From assembly GCA_045614025.1 (NCBI GenBank), contig JAZLCE010000027.1:63033-127032 (forward strand): 64,000 nucleotides of DNA. The letters are read 5' to 3'. The notes under the pieces are model-generated. The model was given only the letters and a program-made list of their open reading frames with translations, was not told where the DNA came from and did no database searches. Source of the DNA: Alphaproteobacteria bacterium. GTDB lineage: Bacteria > Pseudomonadota > Alphaproteobacteria > CAAHEQ01 > UBA3637. Below, piece after piece: positions 36,006-47,534 of the stretch (position 1 is its first letter; the number at the start of each line of letters is the position of its first letter). Made by a program: the position numbers and the translations under genes.

Positions 36006-36917
36006 TTAATTTTCTGCTGGAAAAACACGAAAAGGTTTAAATAATCCTTTTTCATATTTAACCAACGCGATTGGTTCTTGATCCAAAGCTAATGCTATCA
36101 CCTGCCCCATTTGAAAATTTTGATTATTACAAACAGTTTTGGCTTTCAGCGCTTTGCCTTGTCTCAACATACTTGCCATTTCGCTATCTACAGCCAGCAC
36201 CAAGATGTCGTCCAGTGCGGTTAAAATACCGATAAGTGGCAAATTCAATGTATTATACTCTTCTTTTTCAAATTTTTCAAGTAAAATCGAATGGTTAAGC
36301 GAAAAAGGTCCACATTTTGTTCTTCTTAAAAGAGTGATATATCCAAAACATCCAAGTTTTCGCCCCATATCATGCCCTAAAGAACGCACATATGTTCCTT
36401 TTGAACAAACAACTTCAAAAAGAGTTTTATCTTCCGAATGTGATAAAATTTTTAATTCTTCAACCGTTACTAAACGTGGTTTTAATTCAACATCAACGCC
36501 TTTTCTTGCCAAATCATAAGCCCGCTCTCCATTAATTTTAATTGCAGAATAAAGCGGTGGAACTTGAGAAATTTCCCCTATAAAAAATGGCAAAATGGCT
36601 TCAATTTCTTCTCTTGAAGGCAACACATCTGATTGAAATAAAACTTCGCCTTCTAAATCATCTGTTGAAGTTTCTTTTCCCCATGTTACTTCAAATTGAT
36701 AAACTTTTTTTCCATCCATCACATACGGGATTGTTTTTGTTGCTTGCCCCAATGCTATCGGCAAAACTCCAGTCGCCAATGGATCTAGTGTTCCTGCATG
36801 TCCAATTTTTGATGGATGCAAAAGCCGTTTGAGACGGTTTACAACAGTTGTTGATCCCATCTCATACGGCTTATCAATAATTATCCATCCATTAATTTGA
36901 TTAACAATTTTTGCCAT
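36006..36917 (-). CDS. truB: tRNA pseudouridine(55) synthase TruB
   Basis: Catalytic Asp in HAGTLDPLATGVL. Confidence 0.9.
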   Translation of the reverse strand: MAKIVNQINGWIIIDKPYEMGSTTVVNRLKRLLHPSKIGHAGTLDPLATGVLPIALGQATKTIPYVMDGKKVYQFEVTWGKETSTDDLEGEVLFQSDVLPSREEIEAILPFFIGEISQVPPLYSAIKINGERAYDLARKGVDVELKPRLVTVEELKILSHSEDKTLFEVVCSKGTYVRSLGHDMGRKLGCFGYITLLRRTKCGPFSLNHSILLEKFEKEEYNTLNLPLIGILTALDDILVLAVDSEMASMLRQGKALKAKTVCNNQNFQMGQVIALALDQEPIALVKYEKGLFKPFRVFPAEN

Positions 36918-36922
36918 TCAAA

Positions 36923-37339
36923 TTAAAACTCTTCCTCAATTTCTTTTTCAACATCAGCACGCACTTGTGGATTATTTAAAAGCTGATTAATATGTTCTGA
37001 AACTGCAAATCTTTTATCTGCTTTAAAAATAATATCTGGCACAATGCGTAAACGAATAGCCTTACCAATGCGATAACGAAAAGCGCCTTTATGCAAATTT
37101 AAAAGCTTAATTTGTTCATCAACATCTGTATCTCCAATTGTTTCAACAAACGCTGTTGCATATGATAAATCTGGTGAAATCGTTACTTGAGTGATCATTG
37201 TGAATGAAGGTTTTAATCCTTCAATAAAAAGATCATCTTGAGAAAGCATTTTTGCAATAATATGACGAATTTCTTCTGCAACACGAAGCTGACGTTGACT
37301 TGGAGCTTTTGATTGCCCTTTTTCTGTTTGTTTCATCAA
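36923..37339 (-). CDS. rbfA: Ribosome-binding factor A
   Basis: 138 aa, KH-like fold. Positioned between infB and truB. Confidence 0.88.
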   Translation of the reverse strand: MMKQTEKGQSKAPSQRQLRVAEEIRHIIAKMLSQDDLFIEGLKPSFTMITQVTISPDLSYATAFVETIGDTDVDEQIKLLNLHKGAFRYRIGKAIRLRIVPDIIFKADKRFAVSEHINQLLNNPQVRADVEKEIEEEF

Positions 37340-37345
37340 AACCTC

Positions 37346-39796
37346 CTATACATCAAAATTAAGTTTAACGGCAATTTCTTCCATTTCAAAACATTCGATC
37401 ATATCACCAACTTTGATATCATCATAATTTTCAAAACTCATACCGCATTCATAATTTTCGCGAACTTCTTTCACATCATCTTTAAAGCGTTTCAATTGGC
37501 TGAGAGCGCCTGTATAAATCACAACAGAATCGCGAAGTAATCTAACTTTTGCACCACGTTTAACAAGACCTTCTTTAACCATACAGCCTGCAATTTTGCC
37601 AACTTTTGAAATTGAAATAACTTGTCTGACTTCTGCATAACCTAAAATCTTTTCTTTCAATTCAGGTTCAAGCAAGCCTTCAACAGCATGTTTCATATCA
37701 TCAGCCACATCATAAACAATGGAGTAATAACGAATATCAACGCCATCACGTTTTGCCATTTCACGAGCAGTTGGATTAGCGCGAACATTAAATCCAATAA
37801 TAATTGCTTTTGATGCACGAGCCAAAGTAACATCTGATTCATTAATAGCACCAACTGCGCTATGTAACACATGAACTTTAACTTCATTATTTGCAATTTT
37901 AGAAAGAATACCATTTAAAGCTTCAACAGAACCTTGAACGTCACCCTTAATTAAAACAGGCAATTCTTTAATTTCACCAGCTTTAATTTTTGCCAATAAA
38001 TGTTCTGCACCACTCATTGTTTTTACTTGCAATTGTTCACGGGCTTTTCTTTGACGATAAGCAGAAATTTCTCTTGCTTGAGCTTCAGAATCAACCACAA
38101 CAAAATCATCACCTGCTGATGGTGTTCCTTGTAAACCAATTACTTCGACAGGTTGAGATGGCAATGCTTTTTCAACGCGTTGCCCTTTATCATTAAAGAG
38201 CGAACGAACACGACCCCATTCTTGTCCCGAAATAAAGATATCACCAACATTAAGTGTTCCCTTTTGAATCAAAACAGTTGCAACAGATCCACGGCCTTTA
38301 TCCATTCTTGCTTCAACAACAACACCTTCAGCACTTCTGCTTGGAGATGCTTTTAAATCCAAAACTTCTGCTTGCAATAAAATTGTTTCAATCAATTTAT
38401 CTAAATTAATGTGTTTTTTAGCTGATACTTCAACATCTAAAACTTCACCACCCATTGATTCAACAACAACATCATGTTGCAACAAGTCTGTGCGAACTTT
38501 TTGAGGATTGGCTCCTGGCACATCAATTTTGTTAATGGCAACAACAATTGGAACACCCGCTGCTTTAGCATGGTGAATAGCTTCAATTGTTTGAGGCATA
38601 ACACTATCGTTAGCCGCCACAACTAAAACAACTAAGTCTGTTACTTTTGCCCCACGAGCACGCATAGCTGTAAATGCTTCGTGACCCGGCGTATCAATAA
38701 AGGTAACTTTTTGACCTTCGGATAACATCACTTGGTAAGCACCGATATGTTGTGTAATACCACCTGATTCTCCACCAGCCACATTTGAAGAACGCAAAGC
38801 ATCTAATAAAGATGTTTTACCATGGTCAACGTGTCCCATAACAGTAACAACTGGAGAACGTGGCAACAAATCTTCTGGCGCATCTTCTTCTTTTTTCAAA
38901 ATATCTTCAACATCCGATTCTGCAACACGTTTTGCCTTGTGACCCAATTCTTCCACAACTAATTCAGCTGTATCAGCATCAATGGTTTGCGTAATTGTTA
39001 CCATCATACCAAGCTTCATCAAAACTTTAACAACAGCAGCTCCTTTTTCGCTCATACGGTTAGCCAATTCAGCAACTGTAATCGTTTCAGGAATAACCAC
39101 TTCTCTGATCACTTTTTCTTGAACCTTTGGTTCCATATGTTTCAAACGTTCTTTTTCTCTTGAACGTTTAATAGATGCCAATGAACGACGTTGATGACGA
39201 ACACCATCTTCCATATCATCACCATCAGAATCACTTACACTCATATTTCTATAAGCATTCATATTCACTTTTGAAGAGCGTTTTTCCTCATGATATCCAC
39301 GGTTACGACCTCGATCGTCTCCTTCTGATTCACGTTCTTTTTTGCGAGAAAATTGAGCTGGCTCAGAAACTTGTTTTTTCTCAAATTTCTTTTCTTGTTT
39401 TTCTTGAACAGTTTCTTTAACCGTAACTTCTTCAACCTCTTCAACTTCCTGAGCTTGAATTTCAGTCTCTTCTTTTAAAACCTTTTCCTCAGCCTCTTTT
39501 TGAATAAGCAATTTTTGCTCTTCTTCACGTTGTTTTTGTTCAGCTTCTAATTTTGCTTTTTGAGCCGCACGTTGTTGCGCTTCTTGAATAAGTTTTAATT
39601 TTTGAGTTGCCTCACTTGAAAGGACGTTAGAAGGCTGTTCGCTTGTAATAACGCGTTTTTTACGCACTTCAACTTGAACCATATTCGACTTACCCGTCCC
39701 AGTATTTTGACGAACATGCGTGTTCAAAGAAAGAGTTTTATTTTTCAGTTCTAAAGTCTTTCCTGATAATGAGAGTTGTTTTTTTTCTTCAGCCAT
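37346..39796 (-). CDS. infB: Translation initiation factor IF-2
   Basis: 816 aa. Charged N-terminus and G-domain motifs [18 protein letters not shown]. Confidence 0.95.
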   Translation of the reverse strand: MAEEKKQLSLSGKTLELKNKTLSLNTHVRQNTGTGKSNMVQVEVRKKRVITSEQPSNVLSSEATQKLKLIQEAQQRAAQKAKLEAEQKQREEEQKLLIQKEAEEKVLKEETEIQAQEVEEVEEVTVKETVQEKQEKKFEKKQVSEPAQFSRKKERESEGDDRGRNRGYHEEKRSSKVNMNAYRNMSVSDSDGDDMEDGVRHQRRSLASIKRSREKERLKHMEPKVQEKVIREVVIPETITVAELANRMSEKGAAVVKVLMKLGMMVTITQTIDADTAELVVEELGHKAKRVAESDVEDILKKEEDAPEDLLPRSPVVTVMGHVDHGKTSLLDALRSSNVAGGESGGITQHIGAYQVMLSEGQKVTFIDTPGHEAFTAMRARGAKVTDLVVLVVAANDSVMPQTIEAIHHAKAAGVPIVVAINKIDVPGANPQKVRTDLLQHDVVVESMGGEVLDVEVSAKKHINLDKLIETILLQAEVLDLKASPSRSAEGVVVEARMDKGRGSVATVLIQKGTLNVGDIFISGQEWGRVRSLFNDKGQRVEKALPSQPVEVIGLQGTPSAGDDFVVVDSEAQAREISAYRQRKAREQLQVKTMSGAEHLLAKIKAGEIKELPVLIKGDVQGSVEALNGILSKIANNEVKVHVLHSAVGAINESDVTLARASKAIIIGFNVRANPTAREMAKRDGVDIRYYSIVYDVADDMKHAVEGLLEPELKEKILGYAEVRQVISISKVGKIAGCMVKEGLVKRGAKVRLLRDSVVIYTGALSQLKRFKDDVKEVRENYECGMSFENYDDIKVGDMIECFEMEEIAVKLNFDV

Positions 39797-39799
39797 AGC

Positions 39800-40414
39800 T
39801 TATCCTTTCTTTTCAATACCTTTTAAAAGGCTTATCTTTTTTATGGTTTGTTCTAAAACACCAGCAATTTTTTTATCCGTTACTGCAACATGCACTTGGC
39901 TTTCCTGCCCAGTTATTTCTCCTAATTCTTCACGGGTAAAACAATCAAAAATCAAAAATTCATCTGTTGGTTTATATAATTTTTTTCGACCATTTTGAGC
40001 AGAATCATCCGCCTCTATTGCCAAACAAACAATCCCTGATTCTATTGCTTTTTTAACACCTTCATAACCAAAAACCAAAGAACCAGATTTTCTTGCAAAC
40101 CCGATTAATTTTAAGGCTTTTTCTTTTAAGGCGGATAAAACAATTTCTTCTAAATTTTCAGGAATTTTCACCGTTCCTTTAGCTGCTTTATAAAAAATTC
40201 TTTTTTGAACGGCTTGATCAAAATTTTCTTTCGAAGGATATAACCAAATACCGCTTCCTGGCAATTTTTCATTTGCATCAAAAACAACCTCTTTAAAGGG
40301 AGAGATAACAAATCTAATCATCTCTTCCCTTGGATAAAAGGTTTTAGTCACAAAACAGCATTTTAGTCCTGTTTCGGCAGCGCGTTTATGCTGATGTCTG
40401 TTAATTTTATTCAA
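39800..40414 (-). CDS. YlxR(DUF448)/L7Ae-like fusion protein of the nusA-infB operon
   Basis: N-terminal RKC-type motif (GLKCCFVTKTFYPREEMIRFV) and a C-terminal L7Ae-like region. Its start overlaps the nusA stop. Confidence 0.65.
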   Translation of the reverse strand: MNKINRHQHKRAAETGLKCCFVTKTFYPREEMIRFVISPFKEVVFDANEKLPGSGIWLYPSKENFDQAVQKRIFYKAAKGTVKIPENLEEIVLSALKEKALKLIGFARKSGSLVFGYEGVKKAIESGIVCLAIEADDSAQNGRKKLYKPTDEFLIFDCFTREELGEITGQESQVHVAVTDKKIAGVLEQTIKKISLLKGIEKKG

Positions 40415-41906
40415 ACCAGTGTTCCCGTGCTTTCATGATTAAGGCATTTGCGTCTACTTCCGTAATAGATCCTTTTCCTAAAATATCAATCAATTCATCC
40501 GCAGCCAAATCAGCTAAATCATCTAATGTTTTAACATTGTTTTCACCTAATTTAACCAACATATCTAATGTCAATCCTTCAAAATCCTTTAAAGAGTTAT
40601 CAAGATTTAATTCTTCAAGTTGTTTTTCCATAGAATCTTGTTTCATGATTAAATAAGCTTTTGCTCTGTTTTGAAGTTCTTCTGCCAAAGCTTCATCAAA
40701 ACCTTCAATATCGGCCAATTCATTCATTGAAATAAAGGCAATATCTTCAACTTTTGAGAATCCTTCTTGAATAAGCAAATGAGCCATCATATCATCAATA
40801 TCTAAAGCTTGCATAAAGAGATCAACACGTTCTTTTGTTTCATTGATACGGTGTTCCGATTCTTGAGCTTCATTCATCATATCAATATGCCAACCAGTTA
40901 ATTGACTGATCAAACGGATGTTTTGACCACGACGACCAATAGCTAATGATAATTGTTCTTCACTTAAAACAACTTCAACATTTTTGGATTCTTCATCAAT
41001 AACAATTTTTAAAACTTCACTTGGAGCTAAGGCATTCACAATAAATGTTGCTGGATCAGATGACCATTGAACAACATCAATTTTTTCACCTTGTAACTCT
41101 TGAACAATTGCTTGAACACGAACACCGCGCATACCAATACAAGCTCCTCTGGCATCCAGAGTGTTATCTTTTGACCAAACAGCAATTTTTGCTCTTGAAC
41201 CTGGATCACGTGAAACAGATTTAACTTCAATTGTTCCATCATAAATTTCTGGAACTTCTGCAGCAAACAATTTAGCCAAGAATTGAGGATGGGAACGGCT
41301 TAAGAAAACTTGTGGTCCTTTGACTTCAGCACGCACATCTAACACATAAGCACGTAATCTATCTCCCACACGATACGTTTCTCTTGGAATTAATTCATCT
41401 CTGCGAAGCAAGGCTTCAACATGAGATACTTCAATAATTAAATTACCACCTTCAACACGTTTAACAATACCGCTAACGATTTCACCTTTACGGCTTTTCA
41501 TTTCGTTATATTGACACATTCTTTCAGCTTCACGAACTTTTTGAGTGATAACTTGCTTAGCTGTTTGTGCTGCAATACGACCAAAATCCATTGGTGGCAA
41601 TGGATCAACAATTTCATCACCCAATTTTAATGAAGCATCTTTCTTTTGAGCGCTTTCTAATGAAATTTGGGTGAATTCATCTTCAACAACATCAACAACC
41701 GTAATATAACGAGCCATTTCAATTGCACCCGTTTGAGGATCAATTTTTGTTCTGATATCATATTCAGGACCATACTTTGAACGACCAGCTTTTGAAATAC
41801 CTTGTTCCATAGCTTCTAAAACATCTTTTTTTGAGATGTTTTTTTCACGGGCTAATAAATCAGCCATTTGAATAAGTTCCGGTCTTGGAAGAGTTGCAAT
41901 TTGCAT
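40407..41906 (-). CDS. nusA: Transcription termination/antitermination factor NusA
   Basis: 499 aa. S1 and two KH domains (GRRGQNIRL) and an acidic C-terminal repeat region. Confidence 0.93.
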   Translation of the reverse strand: MQIATLPRPELIQMADLLAREKNISKKDVLEAMEQGISKAGRSKYGPEYDIRTKIDPQTGAIEMARYITVVDVVEDEFTQISLESAQKKDASLKLGDEIVDPLPPMDFGRIAAQTAKQVITQKVREAERMCQYNEMKSRKGEIVSGIVKRVEGGNLIIEVSHVEALLRRDELIPRETYRVGDRLRAYVLDVRAEVKGPQVFLSRSHPQFLAKLFAAEVPEIYDGTIEVKSVSRDPGSRAKIAVWSKDNTLDARGACIGMRGVRVQAIVQELQGEKIDVVQWSSDPATFIVNALAPSEVLKIVIDEESKNVEVVLSEEQLSLAIGRRGQNIRLISQLTGWHIDMMNEAQESEHRINETKERVDLFMQALDIDDMMAHLLIQEGFSKVEDIAFISMNELADIEGFDEALAEELQNRAKAYLIMKQDSMEKQLEELNLDNSLKDFEGLTLDMLVKLGENNVKTLDDLADLAADELIDILGKGSITEVDANALIMKAREHWFE

Positions 41907-41923
41907 TGTTATTCCTTTCTTTT

Positions 41924-42412
41924 TTATTTTTTAGGTTGTTTTTGCATAATGGTGTCTGTTAACAATAATTTTGCTTTTGAAATTTCAGAAAAAGCAATTT
42001 CAAGACGTTGATCTTCAAAAGAAAAATGAACTGTATGAGTTATTTCATCATAACTTAAAATTTTTCCCTTAAAACGTTTGCGACCATTAATATCATGAAG
42101 TGTTTCAATTTTAGCATCATATCCAGAAAATCTTGAATAATCAGATTCGCGAACCAGTGGCCTGTCAACACCTGGAGATGAAATTTCAAGCATATATTTA
42201 TTTTGAAAAATATCTTCAACATCCAACAAAGCTGAAGCCGTCCTACTAATTTTTTCACAATCAGAAAGCGTCATCGCATTTCGATCTTCTCTTTCAGCCA
42301 TAATCTGAACCGTTTTAACATCACCACCTTGAATTGAAATACGAACGATTTCATACCCCAAATCAGCCATGGAGGGCGCCAACATCTCAGTTAACTTTAC
42401 ACTTATTTCCAT
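41924..42412 (-). CDS. rimP: Ribosome maturation factor RimP
   Basis: 162 aa. First gene of the rimP-nusA-infB operon. Confidence 0.88.
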   Translation of the reverse strand: MEISVKLTEMLAPSMADLGYEIVRISIQGGDVKTVQIMAEREDRNAMTLSDCEKISRTASALLDVEDIFQNKYMLEISSPGVDRPLVRESDYSRFSGYDAKIETLHDINGRKRFKGKILSYDEITHTVHFSFEDQRLEIAFSEISKAKLLLTDTIMQKQPKK

Positions 42413-42633
42413 TTTATTTCCTTTATCAAAAAAGGTGAGTCAAACGACCCACCCTCATTAAACTATTGAGAATATGTTTGTATTATATACATTTTTTTTA
42501 AAAAATACAAGCTCTTTTTTTAAAAAACACTAAAAAAAACAATGAAAATTTATTCCAAACATAAAATAACTTGCAAAATCACAAAAAATAACCTTTAAAT
42601 TAAAGAAGAAAAAAATAAAAAAAGGGGATTAAT

Positions 42634-43884
42634 ATGCTATTTTCAAAAAAACCACCTATGCCAACAAACTTTAAATTAGGGACTCAGGAAAAAACCTTAA
42701 ATCAACCTTTTGAAAATGAACCTAAAATTCAACAACCAAAACCGTCTTTTCAAATGCCTGAACCTCCTGCATTTAAAGAGCCAATGTTTATGCCTCAAGC
42801 ACCTAAATTTTCTCAAGATAATTCATCTTCTCAATCTTTTACCCCCCCCATTGAAACAACGGTTATTAAAGAAGAAACAACCCCTCACGAAGAAATAAAT
42901 GAAAATGGGCAAAAAGTTTTTAAAGCAAAATCCATTAAAGATGTTGATTTTTCAGACATTTGGTTCACGCCTGAAAAAATTGCTTATATCCGAGATAAAA
43001 ACACAAAATTTGCCCTCATTCCATTTGAAACAGAAGATTTAGATGATTTCTTAAAAATTTTGGAACAAGGGTATCAAGGATCCGCAAGCTATGCCATTCG
43101 TTTTTTAAATGAAGCATATCGTGTTGAACGCGTTATCACTTCAACAGGAACTCAATATAATTGCCGTAAAATGCCGGCCACAACACCAAGTATCTATAAA
43201 TTAGGATTACCTGAGCCAATTGTAAAATATATGACTTCTTTAGCAACCGAATCAGGTCTTATTTTACTTGCAGGACCAACTGGTATGGGGAAAACAACAA
43301 CAGTTTCAGCTTTAGTTAAAGAGTTTTTGGAAACACATGGTGGCTTTTTATACACCATTGAAGATCCACCTGAAATGCCTCTTGATGGTCTTTATCATGC
43401 AAGAAATGGAGGCCTAGGGTTATGCAAACAAAGCTCTGTTGAAAATGAAAGATGGGGAGATGCATTAAAATCAGCTCTACGTTCACGTCCAAGATATATC
43501 CTTGTTGGGGAAATCAGAACGCCTGAAGTTGCCTCTCAAGCTTTACGGGCCGCTACATCTGGTCACCTTGTTCTTTCAACCATTCATGCCAATAGTGTTG
43601 AAGATGCATTAAATTCCGTTATTAAATATGCTTCTGGCGCCGGGTTGGATGAAAAACTTGTTTGTGACTTATTAGCACGCGGGATTTTAGGTGTTGTACA
43701 TCAACAATTAGAAGGAACAACAAATTTAAGACCCATTATTCATACAGCATTTGCAAATCCAAATCCTTTAGTTGCTTGCCAAATGCGAATGACTATCAGA
43801 GAAGGAAAAATCTCACTCGCTACATTTATGGAAGCCCAAAATACAAGAATATTTCAAGGGCGACCAATGTTTAGAGAACTATAA
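42634..43884 (+). CDS. PilT/VirB11-class secretion ATPase (orphan) with a proline-rich N-terminal extension
   Basis: Walker A GPTGMGKTT, Asp box EDPPE, Walker B RYILVGEIRTPE, His box GHLVLSTIHA. The first ~90 aa are Pro/Gln-rich and low complexity. Confidence 0.75.
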   Translation: MLFSKKPPMPTNFKLGTQEKTLNQPFENEPKIQQPKPSFQMPEPPAFKEPMFMPQAPKFSQDNSSSQSFTPPIETTVIKEETTPHEEINENGQKVFKAKSIKDVDFSDIWFTPEKIAYIRDKNTKFALIPFETEDLDDFLKILEQGYQGSASYAIRFLNEAYRVERVITSTGTQYNCRKMPATTPSIYKLGLPEPIVKYMTSLATESGLILLAGPTGMGKTTTVSALVKEFLETHGGFLYTIEDPPEMPLDGLYHARNGGLGLCKQSSVENERWGDALKSALRSRPRYILVGEIRTPEVASQALRAATSGHLVLSTIHANSVEDALNSVIKYASGAGLDEKLVCDLLARGILGVVHQQLEGTTNLRPIIHTAFANPNPLVACQMRMTIREGKISLATFMEAQNTRIFQGRPMFREL

Positions 43885-43900
43885 TCCTTTTCCTATATTA

Positions 43901-43930
43901 AAAAAAAGCCCCTTCACGGGGCTTTTTTTA
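43901..43930 (+). terminator. Rho-independent terminator after the ATPase gene
   Basis: Stem GCCCC/GGGGC with loop TTCAC, then T7. Confidence 0.6.
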
Positions 43931-44118
43931 ATTAACCAATGATTTTACCAAATTCTTAATCATCAAAATACATCTTAAAAAACAAGATTTTTAAAGCTGT
44001 TAACAACAAAAATCACTTTTTCATCTTTATCATAAGTTATCAAATAAATATGTTTAAAAAAACAACTAAATAACCATTAATAAAATAAATATATTTTAAA
44101 TTTATCTACATCTAACCA

Positions 44119-44157
44119 TAAAAAAAAGCCTCTGACGAGCAGAGGCTTTTCTTTTTA
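44119..44157 (-). terminator. tuf terminator
   Basis: Stem AGCCTCTG/CAGAGGCT with loop ACGAG and a T-run on the minus strand immediately after the tuf stop. Confidence 0.6.
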
Positions 44158-44171
44158 GCGTTTGCTTTGAA

Positions 44172-45362
<1,191 letters not shown>

Positions 45363-45423
45363 TATTGATTTCCTTAACTGATCAGTGTTAAAAAATTAAA
45401 ATCCCAAATGGGACTTCGTTAAT

Positions 45424-45497
45424 TGGAGCGGGTGAAGGGAATCGAACCCTCGTAATCAGCTTGGAAGGCTGGAGCTTTACCATTAAGCTACACCCGC
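45424..45497 (-). tRNA. tRNA-Gly (anticodon UCC)
   Basis: Cloverleaf folded by hand: acceptor GCGGGTG/CACCCGC, anticodon loop CUUCCAA, T-loop TTCGATT, 74 nt. Confidence 0.85.
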
Positions 45498-45516
45498 GCA
45501 TCAGTCGGGTTCGTCC

Positions 45517-45602
45517 TGGTGGAAGGGGAAAGATTCGAACTTTCGTAGACATAAGTCGGCAGATTTACAGTCTGCTGCCATTAACCACTCGGCCACCCTT
45601 CC
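45517..45602 (-). tRNA. tRNA-Tyr (anticodon GUA), type II with long variable arm
   Basis: Acceptor GGAAGGG/CCCTTCC, anticodon stem GCAGA/TCTGC, loop CUGUAAA, 14-nt variable arm, T-loop TTCGAAT, 86 nt. Confidence 0.85.
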
Positions 45603-45724
45603 ATCTTTGGACGGACAACTTACACAAAGCTCTGTGCAAGTAGGGCTATTATGCCCCTAAAATAACAAGATGTCAAGAACTTTTTTTAAAAATTAATAAC
45701 TCTCTAATTTTTAAGAGAAAAAAG

Positions 45725-47452
45725 TTACTTTAAGCGCTCTAAAAGCTTTTGTTCAAGCTCTGGGGTTAAATCAAATTCAAGCGCCAAAGCCTTTTCATAT
45801 TGCGATTGAGCCTCTCTGATTCGGCCCAAATCTTTATAAATATCGCCCAAATGCATATTTGCAACGGAACTAGCCCCCAAAAGATCAACAGCTTTTTCTG
45901 CATAAGGAAGAGCTTTTTCAGGCTCACCTTTCTTATAATAAGCCAAAGCCAAAGAATCTAAAACATCTGGCGAATCGGGGGCTTTTTCATAAGCTTTTTC
46001 AAGGAATGCCAAAGCTTCTTTTAAATTAATATCCCTTTCAAGCCAAGCATATGCCAAATAATTTAAGATATTGGCATCATAAGGATCTTCTTGCAAAGCG
46101 GAATATGCATATTTTTCAAACTCTTTAAAATTATCTTCTTTTAAATAACATCTTGCCGCTTGGAATTTAATATCTTTTGCTTGTTTAATTCCCCAACGAT
46201 TCATCAAAAACAACGCTCTTTCATAAAATGGAAGAGCAGATTTACAATCCCCAGTTGATTCATATCCTTGCGCAACTAAAAGCAAAACAACTGGATTTGA
46301 AACATTTCTTTTTAATAACTCTTTAAAAATTTTAAGTGCCCCTTCTGAATTTTTATGATGCATATAAACAAGGCCTTTTTTATAAAGAATAATATCAGCA
46401 GAAGGTTTTTCTTTTAAAATTTGATCATAAATTTTATGCGCAAAACCATATAAATCCATCACATCTAAAACTTCGGCAGACCATACTTTTGCCATTGTGT
46501 GTTCTGGATTTAAGAAAACGGCAACATTTGATAATAAAACCGCTAAATCAGGTTGCGAACCTAAACTATTTGCCCAAGCATAAAAAAGTTCAGAAACAGC
46601 TTCTTGAACCGTTTTAATTGGATTCATCCCCACTTGGGAAATAACATCATAAAAAACTGGATTTTCTTCTGATAAGCCTTCATATTGTTTATAAAAAACA
46701 TTTTGGCTATCCCATTTATTTTTTTGTTCAAAAAAGTTTTTGGCTGAAATATAGAAAGTGAATGAAATATCTTTCGTTAATCCTTGCAACTGATTATAAT
46801 AAACTTCAGCTGTTTTTGGATCATTAAAATATTCATGCATCAATGCTAAATGATATCGTTTAATTTGATGAAGTGGCGATTCTTCTTTCAAAGAATTCAA
46901 AGTTAAAACTGCCTTTTGTTTATTATCTAATCCAGCATAGCACCATGCTTTTAAAACCGTTATAAACGGCGATTTGTTTTGATGTAACGAAATAAAATCA
47001 AGAGATTCTTGATATTTTTTCTCTTTAATTAACTGAGCAATTTTTAATTCTGATGCATAATGAAGGGTTTTATCTTTATAAAAATCATTTTCAAACAAAT
47101 CAAAAAGAGATTGAATATCGCCAGCCAACCCCTTCATAGCATAAAGATCTCTTCTGATGTCATAATTTTCTTTATCGGCCAAATAAGCTTTTTCTAAATA
47201 TGAAAGAGCCGTTTTAAAATCACCATTGTTTCTTGCAACAACACCGGCTAAATAAGCGCCCAATTCTGCGGATTCTGGGATTTTTCTGGTTGTTTTTAAA
47301 AGCTTATCTATTTCTTTATCATCAACTGAAGCTATTTGTTTTTCTTTAACATGTTTTTTAACGATTTCTTGAACATTCACTGTAATTTTATCATAGAAAA
47401 AACCAACTGACAAAACACCAGTTAACATAAGCATATATATAATTTTTTTCAT
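45725..47452 (-). CDS. Secreted TPR-repeat protein
   Basis: Signal peptide MKKIIYMLMLTGVLSVGFF and multiple TPR-like 34-residue repeats (AxxYxxxG...Y patterns). Confidence 0.6.
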   Translation of the reverse strand: MKKIIYMLMLTGVLSVGFFYDKITVNVQEIVKKHVKEKQIASVDDKEIDKLLKTTRKIPESAELGAYLAGVVARNNGDFKTALSYLEKAYLADKENYDIRRDLYAMKGLAGDIQSLFDLFENDFYKDKTLHYASELKIAQLIKEKKYQESLDFISLHQNKSPFITVLKAWCYAGLDNKQKAVLTLNSLKEESPLHQIKRYHLALMHEYFNDPKTAEVYYNQLQGLTKDISFTFYISAKNFFEQKNKWDSQNVFYKQYEGLSEENPVFYDVISQVGMNPIKTVQEAVSELFYAWANSLGSQPDLAVLLSNVAVFLNPEHTMAKVWSAEVLDVMDLYGFAHKIYDQILKEKPSADIILYKKGLVYMHHKNSEGALKIFKELLKRNVSNPVVLLLVAQGYESTGDCKSALPFYERALFLMNRWGIKQAKDIKFQAARCYLKEDNFKEFEKYAYSALQEDPYDANILNYLAYAWLERDINLKEALAFLEKAYEKAPDSPDVLDSLALAYYKKGEPEKALPYAEKAVDLLGASSVANMHLGDIYKDLGRIREAQSQYEKALALEFDLTPELEQKLLERLK

Positions 47453-47534
47453 ACAAAATCCCTATCTTTAGAAAAACCTTTACTTTTTAGGTCATTTTAT
47501 GCTATCATCTTTTTATAAAAAAAAGAAGTAAAAA

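Noticed and set aside
42413-42633. sigma70-like TTGCAA...TTTAAA elements in the rimP/ATPase divergent intergenic region
   Set aside because: The -10 match is weak, and the region is so AT-rich that such hexamers occur by chance. I cannot support a specific promoter call.
45603-45724. Possible third tRNA (tRNA-Thr) upstream of tRNA-Tyr, as in the E. coli thrU-tyrU-glyT-thrT-tufB cluster
   Set aside because: No acceptor-stem/T-loop (GTTCGAATC-like) pattern could be folded in this AT-rich segment.
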